Positions 31,368 through 42,036 are shown, counted from the first letter of the stretch. The stretch is 64,000 nt of DNA from an uncultured delta proteobacterium (GCA_963804165.1 CAWDPO010000011.1:1-64000); one strand, 5' to 3'. Notes: generated from the letters alone by a model not told the origin. Program-made: numbers and translations.

Positions 31368-32108
31368 GTGCTTCAAGGAAAAGTTGTCGTTATTACCGGC
31401 AGCGGGCAGGGCATCGGCAAGCACGCAGCGAAGACGTTCGCGCAGGAAAGGGCGAAAGTGGTTATCGCCGACTTTAACCCGGAGTTGGCGAGGAGGACCG
31501 CTGCGGAAATCAGCGAGGTCACGGAATCGATCGCCGTTCACGCAGACATGCGCGATGAAGCCAGCGTCAAGGCGATGATCGATCAAGTGATCAACCGCTT
31601 CGGCCAGATCGACGTGCTGATCAACAACGCCGCGATCGTGCCGCACTTTGCCTGGAACATTCCGCGCTGGCCGCTGATCGCGGACTTGCCGGTGGAATTT
31701 TGGGACCGGGTCGTGCACACCAATCTCTACGGCACGTTTTTCGGCACTAAGCATGTCATCCCACATATGGCGCAACGAAAATCCGGTCACATCATCAATC
31801 TCTATGGTGGCGGCGGGCTGAAGCCCGGCGGCGCTGCGACGTACATGGTGACCAAAGACGGCATTCGCACGTTTACGCGTTACGTCGCCGAGGAAGTCCG
31901 CGATTCCAACATTTGTGTCGTCACCTTCTCGCCGCGCGTGCCGATCGCGACCGAGACGGCGCCGGAGGAAGCGCTCAAGCGCTTGCCCGGCCCGGAAATA
32001 TTGGGCCAGGGATTTGTTCTTGCAGCCCAATTGCCGATGGACCAGAGCGGCAAATGCTTCGCGCATGAGAACGGCAAATTGGTGGATGAGTTGTCCAGAG
32101 AAGGATGA
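31368..32108 (+). CDS. Short-chain dehydrogenase/reductase
   Basis: TGSGQGIG, NNAA, YMVTK (YxxxK). Confidence 0.92.
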   Translation: MLQGKVVVITGSGQGIGKHAAKTFAQERAKVVIADFNPELARRTAAEISEVTESIAVHADMRDEASVKAMIDQVINRFGQIDVLINNAAIVPHFAWNIPRWPLIADLPVEFWDRVVHTNLYGTFFGTKHVIPHMAQRKSGHIINLYGGGGLKPGGAATYMVTKDGIRTFTRYVAEEVRDSNICVVTFSPRVPIATETAPEEALKRLPGPEILGQGFVLAAQLPMDQSGKCFAHENGKLVDELSREG

Positions 32109-32156
32109 AGAAGGCGTGAGGCTTGAGGCGAGAGGCGCGAGTACGAGGGACGGAAG

Positions 32157-33176
32157 ATGACAGTGATCGATGCGGATGCGCATGTGATTGAGAATGAGTC
32201 GACGTGGGATTACATGCTCGAATCCGAGCGGCAGTTCAAACCGAAAGTCGTTGGTGCTACCAACGCTAAAGATCCGTTCGATTACTGGATGGTGGATGGA
32301 CGGGTCATTCCGCGCAATAACGTCGGCAGAGATCTGCCGGTGGCGGCGCGCGAAATGACCGACCTCACGGTACGCATCAAGCACATGGACGAGTTGGGGA
32401 TCGATTGCCAGGTGATCTATCCGACATTTTTTATTACTCCGGTGAGCCGGCGGCCGGACATCGATCTCGCCGTAGCGCGCAGCTACAACCGCTGGATGGC
32501 GGCTATCGTCAAAAAACAACCGGATCGTTTTCGTTGGGTCTTGGTGCCACCGTTGCAGAGCACGGAGCATCTTTCTGAAGAGTTGAAGTTCGGCAAGGAG
32601 AATGGTGCCTGCGGTATCTACATGCGCGGCCTGGAAGTCGAGCGCATGCTCAGCGATCCGTATTTCTATCCGTTGTACGAGCAAGCGGCCGCGTTGGATT
32701 TGCCGGTTTGTGTACATTCCGCCAACGGCGCCTTTACGACCTACGATTTCTTCGCCGACGACCCCGGCTTCTCTAAATTCAAGCTCGCGGTGATCGGCGC
32801 ATTCCATTCACTGGTCTTTCACGGCATACCGCAGCGCTTCCCCAAGCTACGCATCGGTATCATCGAAGTGAGCGCGCAGTGGATTCCCTACGCGCTCCAT
32901 GATTTATCGCGGCGCTTCGCTCGGCGCGGCCGACCGTTTCCAAAAAACGTTCTCAAAGAGAACAGAATCTATGTGACGTGCCAGACTGATGATGATCTTG
33001 ACCATGTGCTCGGCTACGCGGGGGAGGATAATCTGGTGATCGGCACCGATTACGGCCACGCGGATAACGCCGCGGAGATCGAGGCGCTGCGCAAGTTGCG
33101 CAACGATGGCAAGCTGCCCGGCCGGGTGATCGACAAGATTCTCGACGATAATCCGCGCGCGCTGTACGCGATATAG
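32157..33176 (+). CDS. Amidohydrolase_2 family protein (metal-dependent decarboxylase/hydratase-like)
   Basis: IDADAH, MDELGID.QVIYPT, LPVCVH, GTDYGHAD. Confidence 0.9.
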   Translation: MTVIDADAHVIENESTWDYMLESERQFKPKVVGATNAKDPFDYWMVDGRVIPRNNVGRDLPVAAREMTDLTVRIKHMDELGIDCQVIYPTFFITPVSRRPDIDLAVARSYNRWMAAIVKKQPDRFRWVLVPPLQSTEHLSEELKFGKENGACGIYMRGLEVERMLSDPYFYPLYEQAAALDLPVCVHSANGAFTTYDFFADDPGFSKFKLAVIGAFHSLVFHGIPQRFPKLRIGIIEVSAQWIPYALHDLSRRFARRGRPFPKNVLKENRIYVTCQTDDDLDHVLGYAGEDNLVIGTDYGHADNAAEIEALRKLRNDGKLPGRVIDKILDDNPRALYAI

Positions 33177-33209
33177 AGTCTGTGTAGAAATTGACGACAG
33201 TACCATTGG

Positions 33210-33292
33210 TGTCATGCTGAGCGCAGCGAAGCATCTTTTCTTTTCAGCGACTTTGCAAAATCGAGATTCTTCGGCTTCGCCTCAGAATGACA
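33210..33292. repeat. Hairpin repeat family H copy
   Basis: TGTCATGCTGAGCGCAGCGAAGCATCT ... AGATTCTTCGGCTTCGCCTCAGAATGACA. Confidence 0.82.
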
Positions 33293-33336
33293 GTTGCCGA
33301 CACAGTCTTCATCACTTGATTCTGGAGGTTTGAACC

Positions 33337-34374
33337 ATGTTCACCATCGACGCCGACGCGCACGTGATCGAGTGCGAGAAGACTTGGGACTATTTGGAAG
33401 GTAGCGACAAGCGCTACCGCCCGGTGCCCATTCAAGTAGATATGCCGACGGGTAAGAGGCAGAACTTTTGGATCATCGGCGGGCGCTTGATCGGTGGGCG
33501 CGACAACGTCGGGCAGGATACTGCGAAAGAGTCGCGCGAGATGGCGAACATCGATTCGCGCTTGAAGCACATGGACGAGATCGGCACGGGCGTTCAGGTG
33601 CTCTATCCGACGCTGTTCCTGCGGCCGGTCACCGACAATCCGCGCATCGAGCTGGCGCTCTGCCGTTCTTACAATCGTTGGATGGCCGATATCTGGTCGA
33701 AGGACAAAAAGCGTCTGCGCTGGGCGGTGCAGTTGCCGCTTTTGACCATGGACAAAGCGCTCGACGAGCTGCGCTGGTCGCACGGCAACGGTGCCTGCGC
33801 GGTTTTTGTCCGCGGCATCGAAACCCACCATACGCTGCACGATCCCTATTTTTTCCCGCTCTATGAGGAAGCCAGCCGGCTCAATATGCCGATCGGCATT
33901 CACTCCGGCATCGGTAACTTCACCGTCAATGAAATGCTCGGCGGCGAGCCGTTCCGCGTCGCCAAGCTGATCGTCATCGGCGGTTTTCACTCCATGATTC
34001 TGAACGGCATCCCGGAGAAGTTTCCCAAACTGCGCATCGGCGCGATTGAAGTTGCCGCGCAGTGGGTGCCGTATTTAGTGCATGATCTGAACTTGCGATT
34101 CCCAAAACTCGAAGGCAAGGAAGCGCGGCCTGATGTTCTCAGCGGCAGCCATCAATTATTCGTCGCCTGCCAGACCGACGATGACTTGCCTTATGTGCTC
34201 AAGTACGCCGGTGAGAATTGCCTGATGATCGGCTCTGACTACGGCCACGCCGACAACGCCAGCGAGTTGCTGGCATTGGCGAAACTCAAAGACAACGGCG
34301 AGATCGATCCGAAGGTGATTGACAAGATCCTTTACCAAAATCCGGCGAAGTTTTACGGGTTGGATCAGGATTAG
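33337..34374 (+). CDS. Amidohydrolase_2 family protein, paralog of the upstream gene
   Basis: IDADAH, QVLYPT, MPIGIH, GSDYGHAD. Confidence 0.9.
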   Translation: MFTIDADAHVIECEKTWDYLEGSDKRYRPVPIQVDMPTGKRQNFWIIGGRLIGGRDNVGQDTAKESREMANIDSRLKHMDEIGTGVQVLYPTLFLRPVTDNPRIELALCRSYNRWMADIWSKDKKRLRWAVQLPLLTMDKALDELRWSHGNGACAVFVRGIETHHTLHDPYFFPLYEEASRLNMPIGIHSGIGNFTVNEMLGGEPFRVAKLIVIGGFHSMILNGIPEKFPKLRIGAIEVAAQWVPYLVHDLNLRFPKLEGKEARPDVLSGSHQLFVACQTDDDLPYVLKYAGENCLMIGSDYGHADNASELLALAKLKDNGEIDPKVIDKILYQNPAKFYGLDQD

Positions 34375-34434
34375 AGCCGTGTTCGTGACGCGTGATCGTG
34401 TGAGAATAATTCGGAGCGCAGGGTGCATTCCGAG

Positions 34435-34523
34435 CCTTTCCCCTCGATGGGGAAAGGTTGGATAGGGGTGCTGCCAGCAAATACAAATCACCCCTTCCTT
34501 TGTCTTCCCCGTCGAGGGGAAGG
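34435..34523. repeat. Hairpin repeat family I (CCTTTCCCCTCGATGGGGAAAGG..GGGGTG and its inverse)
   Basis: Inverted arms 34435-34470 and 34489-34523, each with an internal palindrome. Confidence 0.78.
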
Positions 34524-34588
34524 ATCATCCGGCTCAGGGGCGCTGTGAAAATGCCAATCAAATGTAAACGATGGACTGAGGAAATTAG

Positions 34589-35734
34589 ATGAGCGATGCT
34601 TTTGATCTCTTACTGGCTGGCGGCACGGTTCTCAATCCGGCGACAAAGCTGAATCAGAAATTGGACGTCGGCGTCACCGGGGATCGGATCACGGCTATCC
34701 AAGCAAATCTTCCCCGCACCAACGCCAAGAAAACTTTGGATGTCACCGGATGCTACGTTACTCCTGGCCTCATCGATTTCCACGTGCACAGCTATTGGGG
34801 AGTGAATCCTTACGGCTGCAATCTAGACTCGCTCTGCCTCGCCACGGGCGTGACGACTACAATGGACGCCGGTTCCGCCGGCCCGGTAAATTTTCTTGGG
34901 TTCCGAAAATTGGTCTATGAGCAATCCAAGACTCGGATGCTCGGATTTGTCGCACTGGCGCAGCATGGCGTCTTGAATACTCCGGGCGAGTTGCTCAATC
35001 TCGGGTTTGCCGATTCGGACGGCGCCGCTGAATCCGTTGGCAATAACCGCGATATCGGCGTCGGTATCAAAGTTCGGCTGCATAAAAAATCCATCGGTGA
35101 TAACAGTCGGGAAGCGTTGCGGTTGGCGATCAAAGCCGGCGAAGCGACGCGCACGCCGATTATGGTTCACGTCGGCGACACGGCGATCGGCATGGATGAA
35201 ATCGCCGATACGCTACGGCCGGGCGATATCATCACGCACTGCTATACGCCGCAGCGCCCATCGATCATTGACGAGTCAGGCAAACTTCTGCCGTTGGTTC
35301 GCAAGGCCAAAGAGCGCGGCGTGATCTTCGATGTCGGCCACGCCGGTGGCCATTTTGATTTCAATCTCGTGCAGCGCGCCATGGGCGAGGGCATCATCCC
35401 CGACGTCATCAGCTCGGACCTGCATGGCCGGTTGGCGCAGCCGGGCTTCGGCGTCGTCGGGGATTTGCCGACGGTGCTGACCAAGTTTTTGCCGCTGGGT
35501 TTGAGCTTCGAGCAGATCATTGCCAACTGTACGATCAATGCCGCCCGATCGGTGGGTTGGCAAGATCGCATCGGTAGTCTCGAAGTCGGACGCGAGGCGG
35601 ACATTGCCGTGCTGCAGATTCTCGATGATCCGGTCACGCTGCGCGATTCGGTCGGCGCCGAGAAGTTGCACAGGCAGCGTATCGCGGCGAAGTGGACGCT
35701 GCGTGGCGGCGAGTTGTTTCAAGGGAGAGGATAG
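34589..35734 (+). CDS. Amidohydrolase/deacetylase family metallohydrolase (dihydroorotase-like)
   Basis: PGLIDFHVH, GVTTTMDAGSAG, GIKVR, LRPGDIITH, FDVGH, ISSDLH. Confidence 0.9.
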   Translation: MSDAFDLLLAGGTVLNPATKLNQKLDVGVTGDRITAIQANLPRTNAKKTLDVTGCYVTPGLIDFHVHSYWGVNPYGCNLDSLCLATGVTTTMDAGSAGPVNFLGFRKLVYEQSKTRMLGFVALAQHGVLNTPGELLNLGFADSDGAAESVGNNRDIGVGIKVRLHKKSIGDNSREALRLAIKAGEATRTPIMVHVGDTAIGMDEIADTLRPGDIITHCYTPQRPSIIDESGKLLPLVRKAKERGVIFDVGHAGGHFDFNLVQRAMGEGIIPDVISSDLHGRLAQPGFGVVGDLPTVLTKFLPLGLSFEQIIANCTINAARSVGWQDRIGSLEVGREADIAVLQILDDPVTLRDSVGAEKLHRQRIAAKWTLRGGELFQGRG

Positions 35735-35812
35735 AGAACTTTCGTACGGTTTATTGACGCAATTTCAGTAAGGGCGCTGCCCATGTGCTTACATCGGTTT
35801 GGAGGGTATGAA

Positions 35813-36844
35813 ATGCGAAAAGCACTTCTTTTTTTGTTTGTAATCGTTATTGGAACGAGCGGCCGCGCTGCCGCGCAGACGCCTTATTATCAAGGCAAGG
35901 CAATTACCATCATAACCGGCAGCCAGACGGGCGACGTTTTCGATATTTATGCGCGGATGATCGCGACACACATGGGAAAGCATATTCCCGGCAATCCCAA
36001 CATCGTCGTGCAGAACATGACGGGCGCGGGCCATATCGTTGCGGCGAATTACGTCTACAGCGTCGCCAAACCCGACGGCATCACTCTGCTTGCTCCCAAT
36101 CCGAACCTTTACGTCGATCAACTGATCGGCCGATCTGAGATCAAATTCGATTGGGCAAAATTTTCCTGGCTTGGTAATGCGCAGCGCACGACGGACATGC
36201 TTTACATGCGCACCGATGCTCCCTTCAAAACCATGGAAGATGTGCGCAGCGCCAAGGAGCCGCCTAAATGCGGCGCCACCGGAACCGGAACCACCGGATT
36301 TATGGTACCGCGACTGTTGGAGGAAACCATCGGCGCGAAGTTCAATGTCATCACGGGCTATAAAGGCGGTAACGAAGTCGACCTGGCTGTCGAGCGAGGT
36401 GAGATTCAGTGCCGGGCGTTCAGTGTTACCGCGTTCTTCGCTCGTGAGCCGTTTCATACCTGGCGAAAAACTAACTTCGCTCGCGCCATCATCCAGCTCG
36501 GTAAAAGTAGGGATAGCCGGTTGCCCGACGTGGTGACGCTCAATGAATTGATGGAAAAGTATAAAACTCCTGAAATCGGCCGTCGGGTGGCTCTGGTGGT
36601 GACGGCGTCGGAAATCTTTCAACGCCCGTACACGGGACCGCCCGGCATGCGCCCAGACCTTGTCAAGATCCTTCGCGAAGCGTTTCAAAAGACTCTTAAG
36701 GACAGTGCATTCTTGGAGGAAGTGAAAAGCAAAAAGCTCGATGCCGAGTTCACATCCGGCGAAGAGATGGAATCTATGGCCAAGGAGATGATGTCGCAGC
36801 GGCCGGAGGTCATCGAACGACTCAAGAAAGTTTTGGGAAATTGA
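35813..36844 (+). CDS. TctC/Bug-like substrate-binding protein
   Basis: KHIPGNPNIVVQNMTGAG, KPDG, PPKCGATGTG. Confidence 0.88.
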   Translation: MRKALLFLFVIVIGTSGRAAAQTPYYQGKAITIITGSQTGDVFDIYARMIATHMGKHIPGNPNIVVQNMTGAGHIVAANYVYSVAKPDGITLLAPNPNLYVDQLIGRSEIKFDWAKFSWLGNAQRTTDMLYMRTDAPFKTMEDVRSAKEPPKCGATGTGTTGFMVPRLLEETIGAKFNVITGYKGGNEVDLAVERGEIQCRAFSVTAFFAREPFHTWRKTNFARAIIQLGKSRDSRLPDVVTLNELMEKYKTPEIGRRVALVVTASEIFQRPYTGPPGMRPDLVKILREAFQKTLKDSAFLEEVKSKKLDAEFTSGEEMESMAKEMMSQRPEVIERLKKVLGN

Positions 36845-36908
36845 GTGGCAAGTACAATTGTCGGTGTCGGGGCACCGCTTGTCCTGGTCTCACACTTGGA
36901 GGTTTATC

Positions 36909-37616
36909 ATGGGCTCATCTTGGGAAAATGTAGACGTCGATAACTCGAAGATGCGCGTCTACCTCAGCCAGCCGGAGAGTTCGCGGCCGGCGCCGGCGGT
37001 GATTGTCGTGCAAGGCCAGACCGGCGTCGATGATTTTCTTAAATTCTCGGATATGGTGGCACGCGAGGGATTCATTGCCGCGGCGCTGGACTTTTATCAT
37101 CGCGACCCGCCGGACTGTAAAGACGATCCGCCGACACGGCGTATGCGGCTGCGCGATTCAACCGTCGTTCAAGACGTCAATGCGACAGTGAGCTTTCTCA
37201 AGTCGCACAAGTCGGTCGATCCGGGCAAGATCGGCATCGTCGGCTTCTGCATGGGCGGGCGGGTCGTGTATCTGATGTCTTCGGTAAATCCGGATATTAA
37301 AGCCGGCGTGATGTACTACGGCGGGGATCCATTTTCGGCGTGGGGAGAGGGCTTATCTCCCTTTGACCGGACTAAAGAGATTCACTGCCCGATCATGGGT
37401 CACTTCGGTGAGGATGATCAGAATCCATCGCCGGCAGATATGAAAAAACTCGATGCCGAGTTGACGAAATTCCAAAAGCCGCATGAATTTTACTCCTATC
37501 CCAATGCCGCTCACGCTTTTGCCAATTTCGGCTCAGGCAATTACCGCGAGCATGCGGCGAACGCTTCCTGGCCGAGGACGTTTGGCTTTTTCGCGAAGCA
37601 GCTAAAGGGGGAGTGA
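36909..37616 (+). CDS. Dienelactone hydrolase family protein
   Basis: GIVGFCMGG nucleophile elbow, GEDD, YPNAAHAF. Confidence 0.9.
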   Translation: MGSSWENVDVDNSKMRVYLSQPESSRPAPAVIVVQGQTGVDDFLKFSDMVAREGFIAAALDFYHRDPPDCKDDPPTRRMRLRDSTVVQDVNATVSFLKSHKSVDPGKIGIVGFCMGGRVVYLMSSVNPDIKAGVMYYGGDPFSAWGEGLSPFDRTKEIHCPIMGHFGEDDQNPSPADMKKLDAELTKFQKPHEFYSYPNAAHAFANFGSGNYREHAANASWPRTFGFFAKQLKGE

Positions 37617-37724
37617 ACGGCCCAAAGTGCTCAAACAGTTCAAGCCGTCCAAAACGTTCAAGTCGTTGACATAGGTCGACAGAATGTACTAGACCAGCAC
37701 CTCACGAAGAGAGGAGGATCCGAG

Positions 37725-38768
37725 ATGAAACACTCGCTAGATTTTCCGTCTTCTTACCTGTCTATGAGGACCGGCCGTAAGCTAGCTCTCCTCATCATAA
37801 TAGCCGCTGCGCTTCTCTCGCCTGGCTTTCTCCAGGCGCAGGCGCTTAAGAAAGTTCCTTTCCCATTCTCGCCCATCGGTCTCAATTGTCTTCCGTGGTT
37901 TGTCGCCAAGGACGCGCGCCTTTCGGAAAAGTACGGTATCGATCTCGATCCGATTTTCATCGGCGCCTCGTCGGCGCTCTTCCAATCGATGTTGTCGGGA
38001 GCCGCGGAAATGTCCGGTTCCGGCGGACCGGCGATTATCGCTAATGTCCTTAGTGGCGGCGACGTGATTCATGTCACGGCGATGGTGCCGCGGTTTACCC
38101 AGTCTGTGATGGTCAAGTCGGAGATCAAACGGCCCGAAGATATGGCGAATAAAAAGATCGGCGTGAGCCGTCTGGGAACCGTCACCCATTTCGCGCTCCA
38201 GACGGCTTTGGACGGTTACGGGGTAAAAAACGTAACGATACTGCAGATGGGCGGGCAGCCTGAAGCCTACGCCGGTCTAGCGCGCGGCTCGGTCGACGGC
38301 GCGGTTTTCTCGCCGCCTTATAATTTTCAACTTAAGAAGCAAGGATACAATGAGCTGGTGTCGCCCAACGATCTCAAGAAGTTTACCGACTTCATTACCA
38401 ATGGCATTGTTGCGCGCCGCTCAGTGGTGGAGAAAGACAAGGACACGGTTATCCGAGTCATCAAAGTCACTGCGGAAGCCATTAAGCTTATTCAGAGGGA
38501 CAAGGAGTACACGAAGAAAGTCATCATGAAATGGATGCCGATGAAAGACCCGGACTTGCTCGAGCAGGCCTATCTCTTTGCCGCGGAAAATTATGCGAAA
38601 GAAGGAATAGTCAACGAAGGAGCACTGCGCTCTATGGTCAAGCAAATGGTGCAGAGCAATCTTGTCGACGCCAAATTGGCGGCCAGCACGCCTGTTACGG
38701 CCTATTACGACAATCGCTATGTCGATGAGGTGAAACGTTCCGGATTTTTCGATCAGTTGTGGAGATAG
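37725..38768 (+). CDS. ABC substrate-binding protein, SsuA/NMT1-like
   Basis: LPWFVAKD, KKIGVSRLGTVTH, ILQMGGQPE. Confidence 0.85.
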   Translation: MKHSLDFPSSYLSMRTGRKLALLIIIAAALLSPGFLQAQALKKVPFPFSPIGLNCLPWFVAKDARLSEKYGIDLDPIFIGASSALFQSMLSGAAEMSGSGGPAIIANVLSGGDVIHVTAMVPRFTQSVMVKSEIKRPEDMANKKIGVSRLGTVTHFALQTALDGYGVKNVTILQMGGQPEAYAGLARGSVDGAVFSPPYNFQLKKQGYNELVSPNDLKKFTDFITNGIVARRSVVEKDKDTVIRVIKVTAEAIKLIQRDKEYTKKVIMKWMPMKDPDLLEQAYLFAAENYAKEGIVNEGALRSMVKQMVQSNLVDAKLAASTPVTAYYDNRYVDEVKRSGFFDQLWR

Positions 38769-38832
38769 CCGGAAAGGGTTCCTGCCTTTTTTAAATCCTT
38801 AAATGGTTATTAACGGTCGTCTGCGAAATCGG

Positions 38833-39831
38833 TTATGGCTTATATAGCCTGTCGATAAATCCTTCCTTTTCCAGTTCCGTCACGATGGAGTCGTCGACGA
38901 TGTCGTCGACTTTCACCGTCGAACCGGGTTTCTTAGACAGCGCCTCTTTGAGCTGAATATCCATGCCCTCGCGGGTGACGTAGGGCACGCGGTCGAAGAG
39001 TTTGGCGTTGATCTCGTAGGCGGCTTCTAAGTAGGACCCGTCATTGTGACGCGAATATTTGGCAAGAATATTTTTGCTTTCTTCTTTGCGCGTCTTAAAA
39101 AAGTGCACGCCCTCAGTCAGGGCCATGACCAGGCGTTTCACCGTTGGACGGTTGCTTGCCAAGTAATTCTTGGTTGTCGTGCCGCAGATGTAGGGGAATG
39201 GATAAGGCTTTTGAAATTCCGCGGTACTCACCAAGACCCGTTGCGGCATGCCTTGCGTAAGATGAAGCACTCCTGGAGGGGCGGGGAACGCGGCGATCCT
39301 GCCGGTGCGGAAAGCTGCAGCCCGTTCACCTGAGCCGCCCACTTGTATGATCGCCACGTCTTTGTCCGGTTCCAATCCAAGATGTCTGAGAAATACTCGC
39401 GCGATCACGTCCGACGAACTGCCGATGCGGCTGATGCCGATGCTTTTGCCACGCAATTGCTCTTTGGTTTTGATCGACTCTTGAACGATCAGCTCATACG
39501 GCAATGTATTCATGAAGCAGGCGACAGCGACGAGATTCGCGCCGCTGACCGCAGCGCTGGCGATCGTGCCGCCCGTGCCGTTACCGAATTTCAGTTGACC
39601 CGCGACGAGAACGGCAACGTTGGTCGAGGAAGCCGGAATAAAAATTGACTCGACGTCCAAGCCGTATTTCTTATAGAGACCTTTTTCCTGGGCGATATAC
39701 CAGTTGGCGCTCGGCGCGTCGACGGAGCTGTAGGAGACAGTGAGTTTTTCCTGGGCAGAAAGATTTGAATGGACCGCAAAGACCGCAAAGATTACAAACA
39801 GGAAAACACATTGGGATTTGACCTTGGCCAT
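38833..39831 (-). CDS. ABC substrate-binding protein, SsuA/NMT1-like
   Basis: WYIAQEKGLYKKYGLDVE, LRGKSIGISRIGSSSD; ATG follows GGAGG. Confidence 0.87.
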   Translation of the reverse strand: MAKVKSQCVFLFVIFAVFAVHSNLSAQEKLTVSYSSVDAPSANWYIAQEKGLYKKYGLDVESIFIPASSTNVAVLVAGQLKFGNGTGGTIASAAVSGANLVAVACFMNTLPYELIVQESIKTKEQLRGKSIGISRIGSSSDVIARVFLRHLGLEPDKDVAIIQVGGSGERAAAFRTGRIAAFPAPPGVLHLTQGMPQRVLVSTAEFQKPYPFPYICGTTTKNYLASNRPTVKRLVMALTEGVHFFKTRKEESKNILAKYSRHNDGSYLEAAYEINAKLFDRVPYVTREGMDIQLKEALSKKPGSTVKVDDIVDDSIVTELEKEGFIDRLYKP

Positions 39832-39898
39832 AAGTCCTCCCTCTTCGGCGTGGCATCGTAATGGAATCCGAACGAGATGGGAAGACATTTTAACTGCT

Positions 39899-39965
39899 AG
39901 ATCCTTCACTTCGTTCAGGATGACAATACAGGTCAAGTGTCATTCTGAGCAAAAGCGAAGAATCT
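39899..39965. repeat. Family H arms in outward (tail-to-tail) arrangement
   Basis: AGATCCTTCACTTCGTTCAGGATGACA (39899-39925) and TGTCATTCTGAGCAAAAGCGAAGAATCT (39938-39965). Confidence 0.78.
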
Positions 39966-40123
39966 TTCTTTCTTCGGTTTTAACGATTAAATAATTCACT
40001 ATCCGGTAAGTAAAAGGGGCATTTCTACGGCACTGTTGACGATGGTTTCACTTCGTCGGATACTCTTTTTGCCGTTGCTACTCATTGATCCTATAGCTCT
40101 CTGACAGCAAAAGGAGACTCGCT

Positions 40124-40408
40124 ATGCTTTCAGCCATCGTGCTTTTAAACACTGAAAGAGACCAAACGAACAAGGTTGCGGAAACCCTTGCCGACACGGA
40201 TGGCGTCACGGAAGTCTATTCAGTCGCCGGACGCTACGATCTCGCCGCGATCGTTCGCGCCAGCGACAACGATCAACTCGCGAAAATCGTGACTGAACAT
40301 ATTCGCGCGGTGCCGGGCATCACGACTTCGGAAACGCTGATCGCTTTTCGCGTTTACTCGCGCCACGACTTGGAGCGGATGTTTTCCATCGGCATGGAAA
40401 AAGTCTAG
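40124..40408 (+). CDS. Lrp/AsnC ligand-binding domain protein (no HTH)
   Basis: 94 aa; GVTEVYSVAGRYDL, IRAVPGITTSETLI. Confidence 0.88.
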   Translation: MLSAIVLLNTERDQTNKVAETLADTDGVTEVYSVAGRYDLAAIVRASDNDQLAKIVTEHIRAVPGITTSETLIAFRVYSRHDLERMFSIGMEKV

Positions 40409-40534
40409 CCAGCGACTGAAAAAGCCTCATCTACTTCGTTGCGCTTGATCTCTTCGCGTCAACGTACAAGAGTACGCCTCCGCTCGTCGATTCTTCGCGC
40501 GCCTCGTATCTGAATCTTTTTGAGTCGCTGGCTA
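40406..40534. mobile_element. 129-bp MITE-like element
   Basis: Terminal IR TAGCCAGCGACTGAAAAAG versus TAGCCAGCGACTCAAAAAG (18/19), TA at both ends, non-coding interior. Confidence 0.75.
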
Positions 40535-40542
40535 AGAAATGA

Positions 40543-42036
40543 TCAACGTTGACGGACGAGTTTAACGATCAGGGGCACGATGAGCAGAAGGAAGGAGATC
40601 GCGAGAATCGATGCCGAGATCGGCTGCGTGATGAATACCGAGGCGTCGCCCTGGCTAATGGCAAGAGCGCGGCGCGCCTGGGTTTCGGCGAGCGGGCCGA
40701 GAATCAGGCCGATCACGGCCGGGGCTACGGGGATGTTCCAGCGGCGCATGACGAAGCCGAGTAAACCGAAGACATAAAGAATCATCAGATCGACTACAGA
40801 CTGATGCAGGCTATAAGCACCCAGCGTCGCAAATACCAATATTCCACCGTAAAGCAGCGGCCGTGGAATCGCCAACACCTTCACCCAAATCCCAACGAGC
40901 GGCAGGTTGAGGATCAACAGCAAAACATTGCCGATATATAGACTCGCGAGCAGGCCCCAAACTAGATCAGCCTGGGCTTGAAAGAGCATCGGACCGGGTT
41001 GAATGCCGTAGTTTTGAAATGCGCTAAGTAGAATCGCGGCGGTCGCCGAGGTCGGAATGCCGAGCGTTAAGAGTGGCACCAGCGCGCCGGTGACCGAAGC
41101 ATTGTTCGCCGCTTCCGGCCCGGCTACGCCTTCAATCGCTCCTTTGCCGAACTCTTCCGGATGTTTGGTTAGTTTTCTTTCGGTTGCATAGGATAGAAAA
41201 GTTGGAATCTCCGCGCCGCCCGCCGGAATTGAGCCGAACGGAAAACCGATCGCGGTCGCGCGTAGCCAGGCCGGCCACGAGCGCTGCCAATCTTCTTTCG
41301 ACATCCAGAGAGAGCCTTTGAGTTGTTCCAGTTTTTCTTCGAGCCGGCTCGAGTAGGCCGCGACGTAGAGCGCTTCGCCGACCGCGAACAGTCCCACGGC
41401 GAGCACGACCACGTCGATGCCGTCGAGCAACTCGGGTACGCCGAATGCAAACCGCGACCTTCCCGTTTGGCTGTCGATACCGACCACGCCCAAGAGCAGA
41501 CCGAGAAATAAGCTCGTCAATCCACGCACGGTGGAGCTGCCGATGACTGCTGCAACGGTTGTAAATGCGAAGATCATCAGCGCGAAATATTCGGCCGGCC
41601 CGAATTTCAAAGCCAGTTCGACGACGATCGGCGCAAGCAGCGTAACGAGTATGGTCGCAATGGTGCCGGCGACGAAGGAGCCGATGGCGCTGGTGGCGAG
41701 CGCCGGACCGGCGCGGCCTTTTTTTGCCATCAAGTTACCTTCGAGGGCTGTGGCGATGGACGCGGATTCTCCAGGTGTGTTGAGCAGGATCGTCGTTGTC
41801 GAGCCGCCGTACATGGCGCCGTAGTAGATGCCCGCGAACATAATGAGCGCCCCGGTGGGATCCAGTTTAATGGTGAGAGGCATGAGCATGGCGACAGTGA
41901 GCGCCGGGCCGACCCCGGGGAGGACGCCGATGAAAGTGCCGAGCGTAACGCCGATGAAACCCCAGAGAAGATTGATCGGCGTCAGCGCGATGCTGAATCC
42001 ATGCAGCAATGAATTAAAGGCGTCGGGCATCGGCAA
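40543..42036 (-). CDS. tctA: Tripartite tricarboxylate transporter large permease
   Basis: [34 protein letters not shown]. Confidence 0.94.
   Translation of the reverse strand: MPMPDAFNSLLHGFSIALTPINLLWGFIGVTLGTFIGVLPGVGPALTVAMLMPLTIKLDPTGALIMFAGIYYGAMYGGSTTTILLNTPGESASIATALEGNLMAKKGRAGPALATSAIGSFVAGTIATILVTLLAPIVVELALKFGPAEYFALMIFAFTTVAAVIGSSTVRGLTSLFLGLLLGVVGIDSQTGRSRFAFGVPELLDGIDVVVLAVGLFAVGEALYVAAYSSRLEEKLEQLKGSLWMSKEDWQRSWPAWLRATAIGFPFGSIPAGGAEIPTFLSYATERKLTKHPEEFGKGAIEGVAGPEAANNASVTGALVPLLTLGIPTSATAAILLSAFQNYGIQPGPMLFQAQADLVWGLLASLYIGNVLLLILNLPLVGIWVKVLAIPRPLLYGGILVFATLGAYSLHQSVVDLMILYVFGLLGFVMRRWNIPVAPAVIGLILGPLAETQARRALAISQGDASVFITQPISASILAISFLLLIVPLIVKLVRQR

Noticed and set aside
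31308-32807. 499-aa minus-strand ORF
   Set aside because: Antisense to the SDR and amidohydrolase genes; typical GC-rich shadow ORF.
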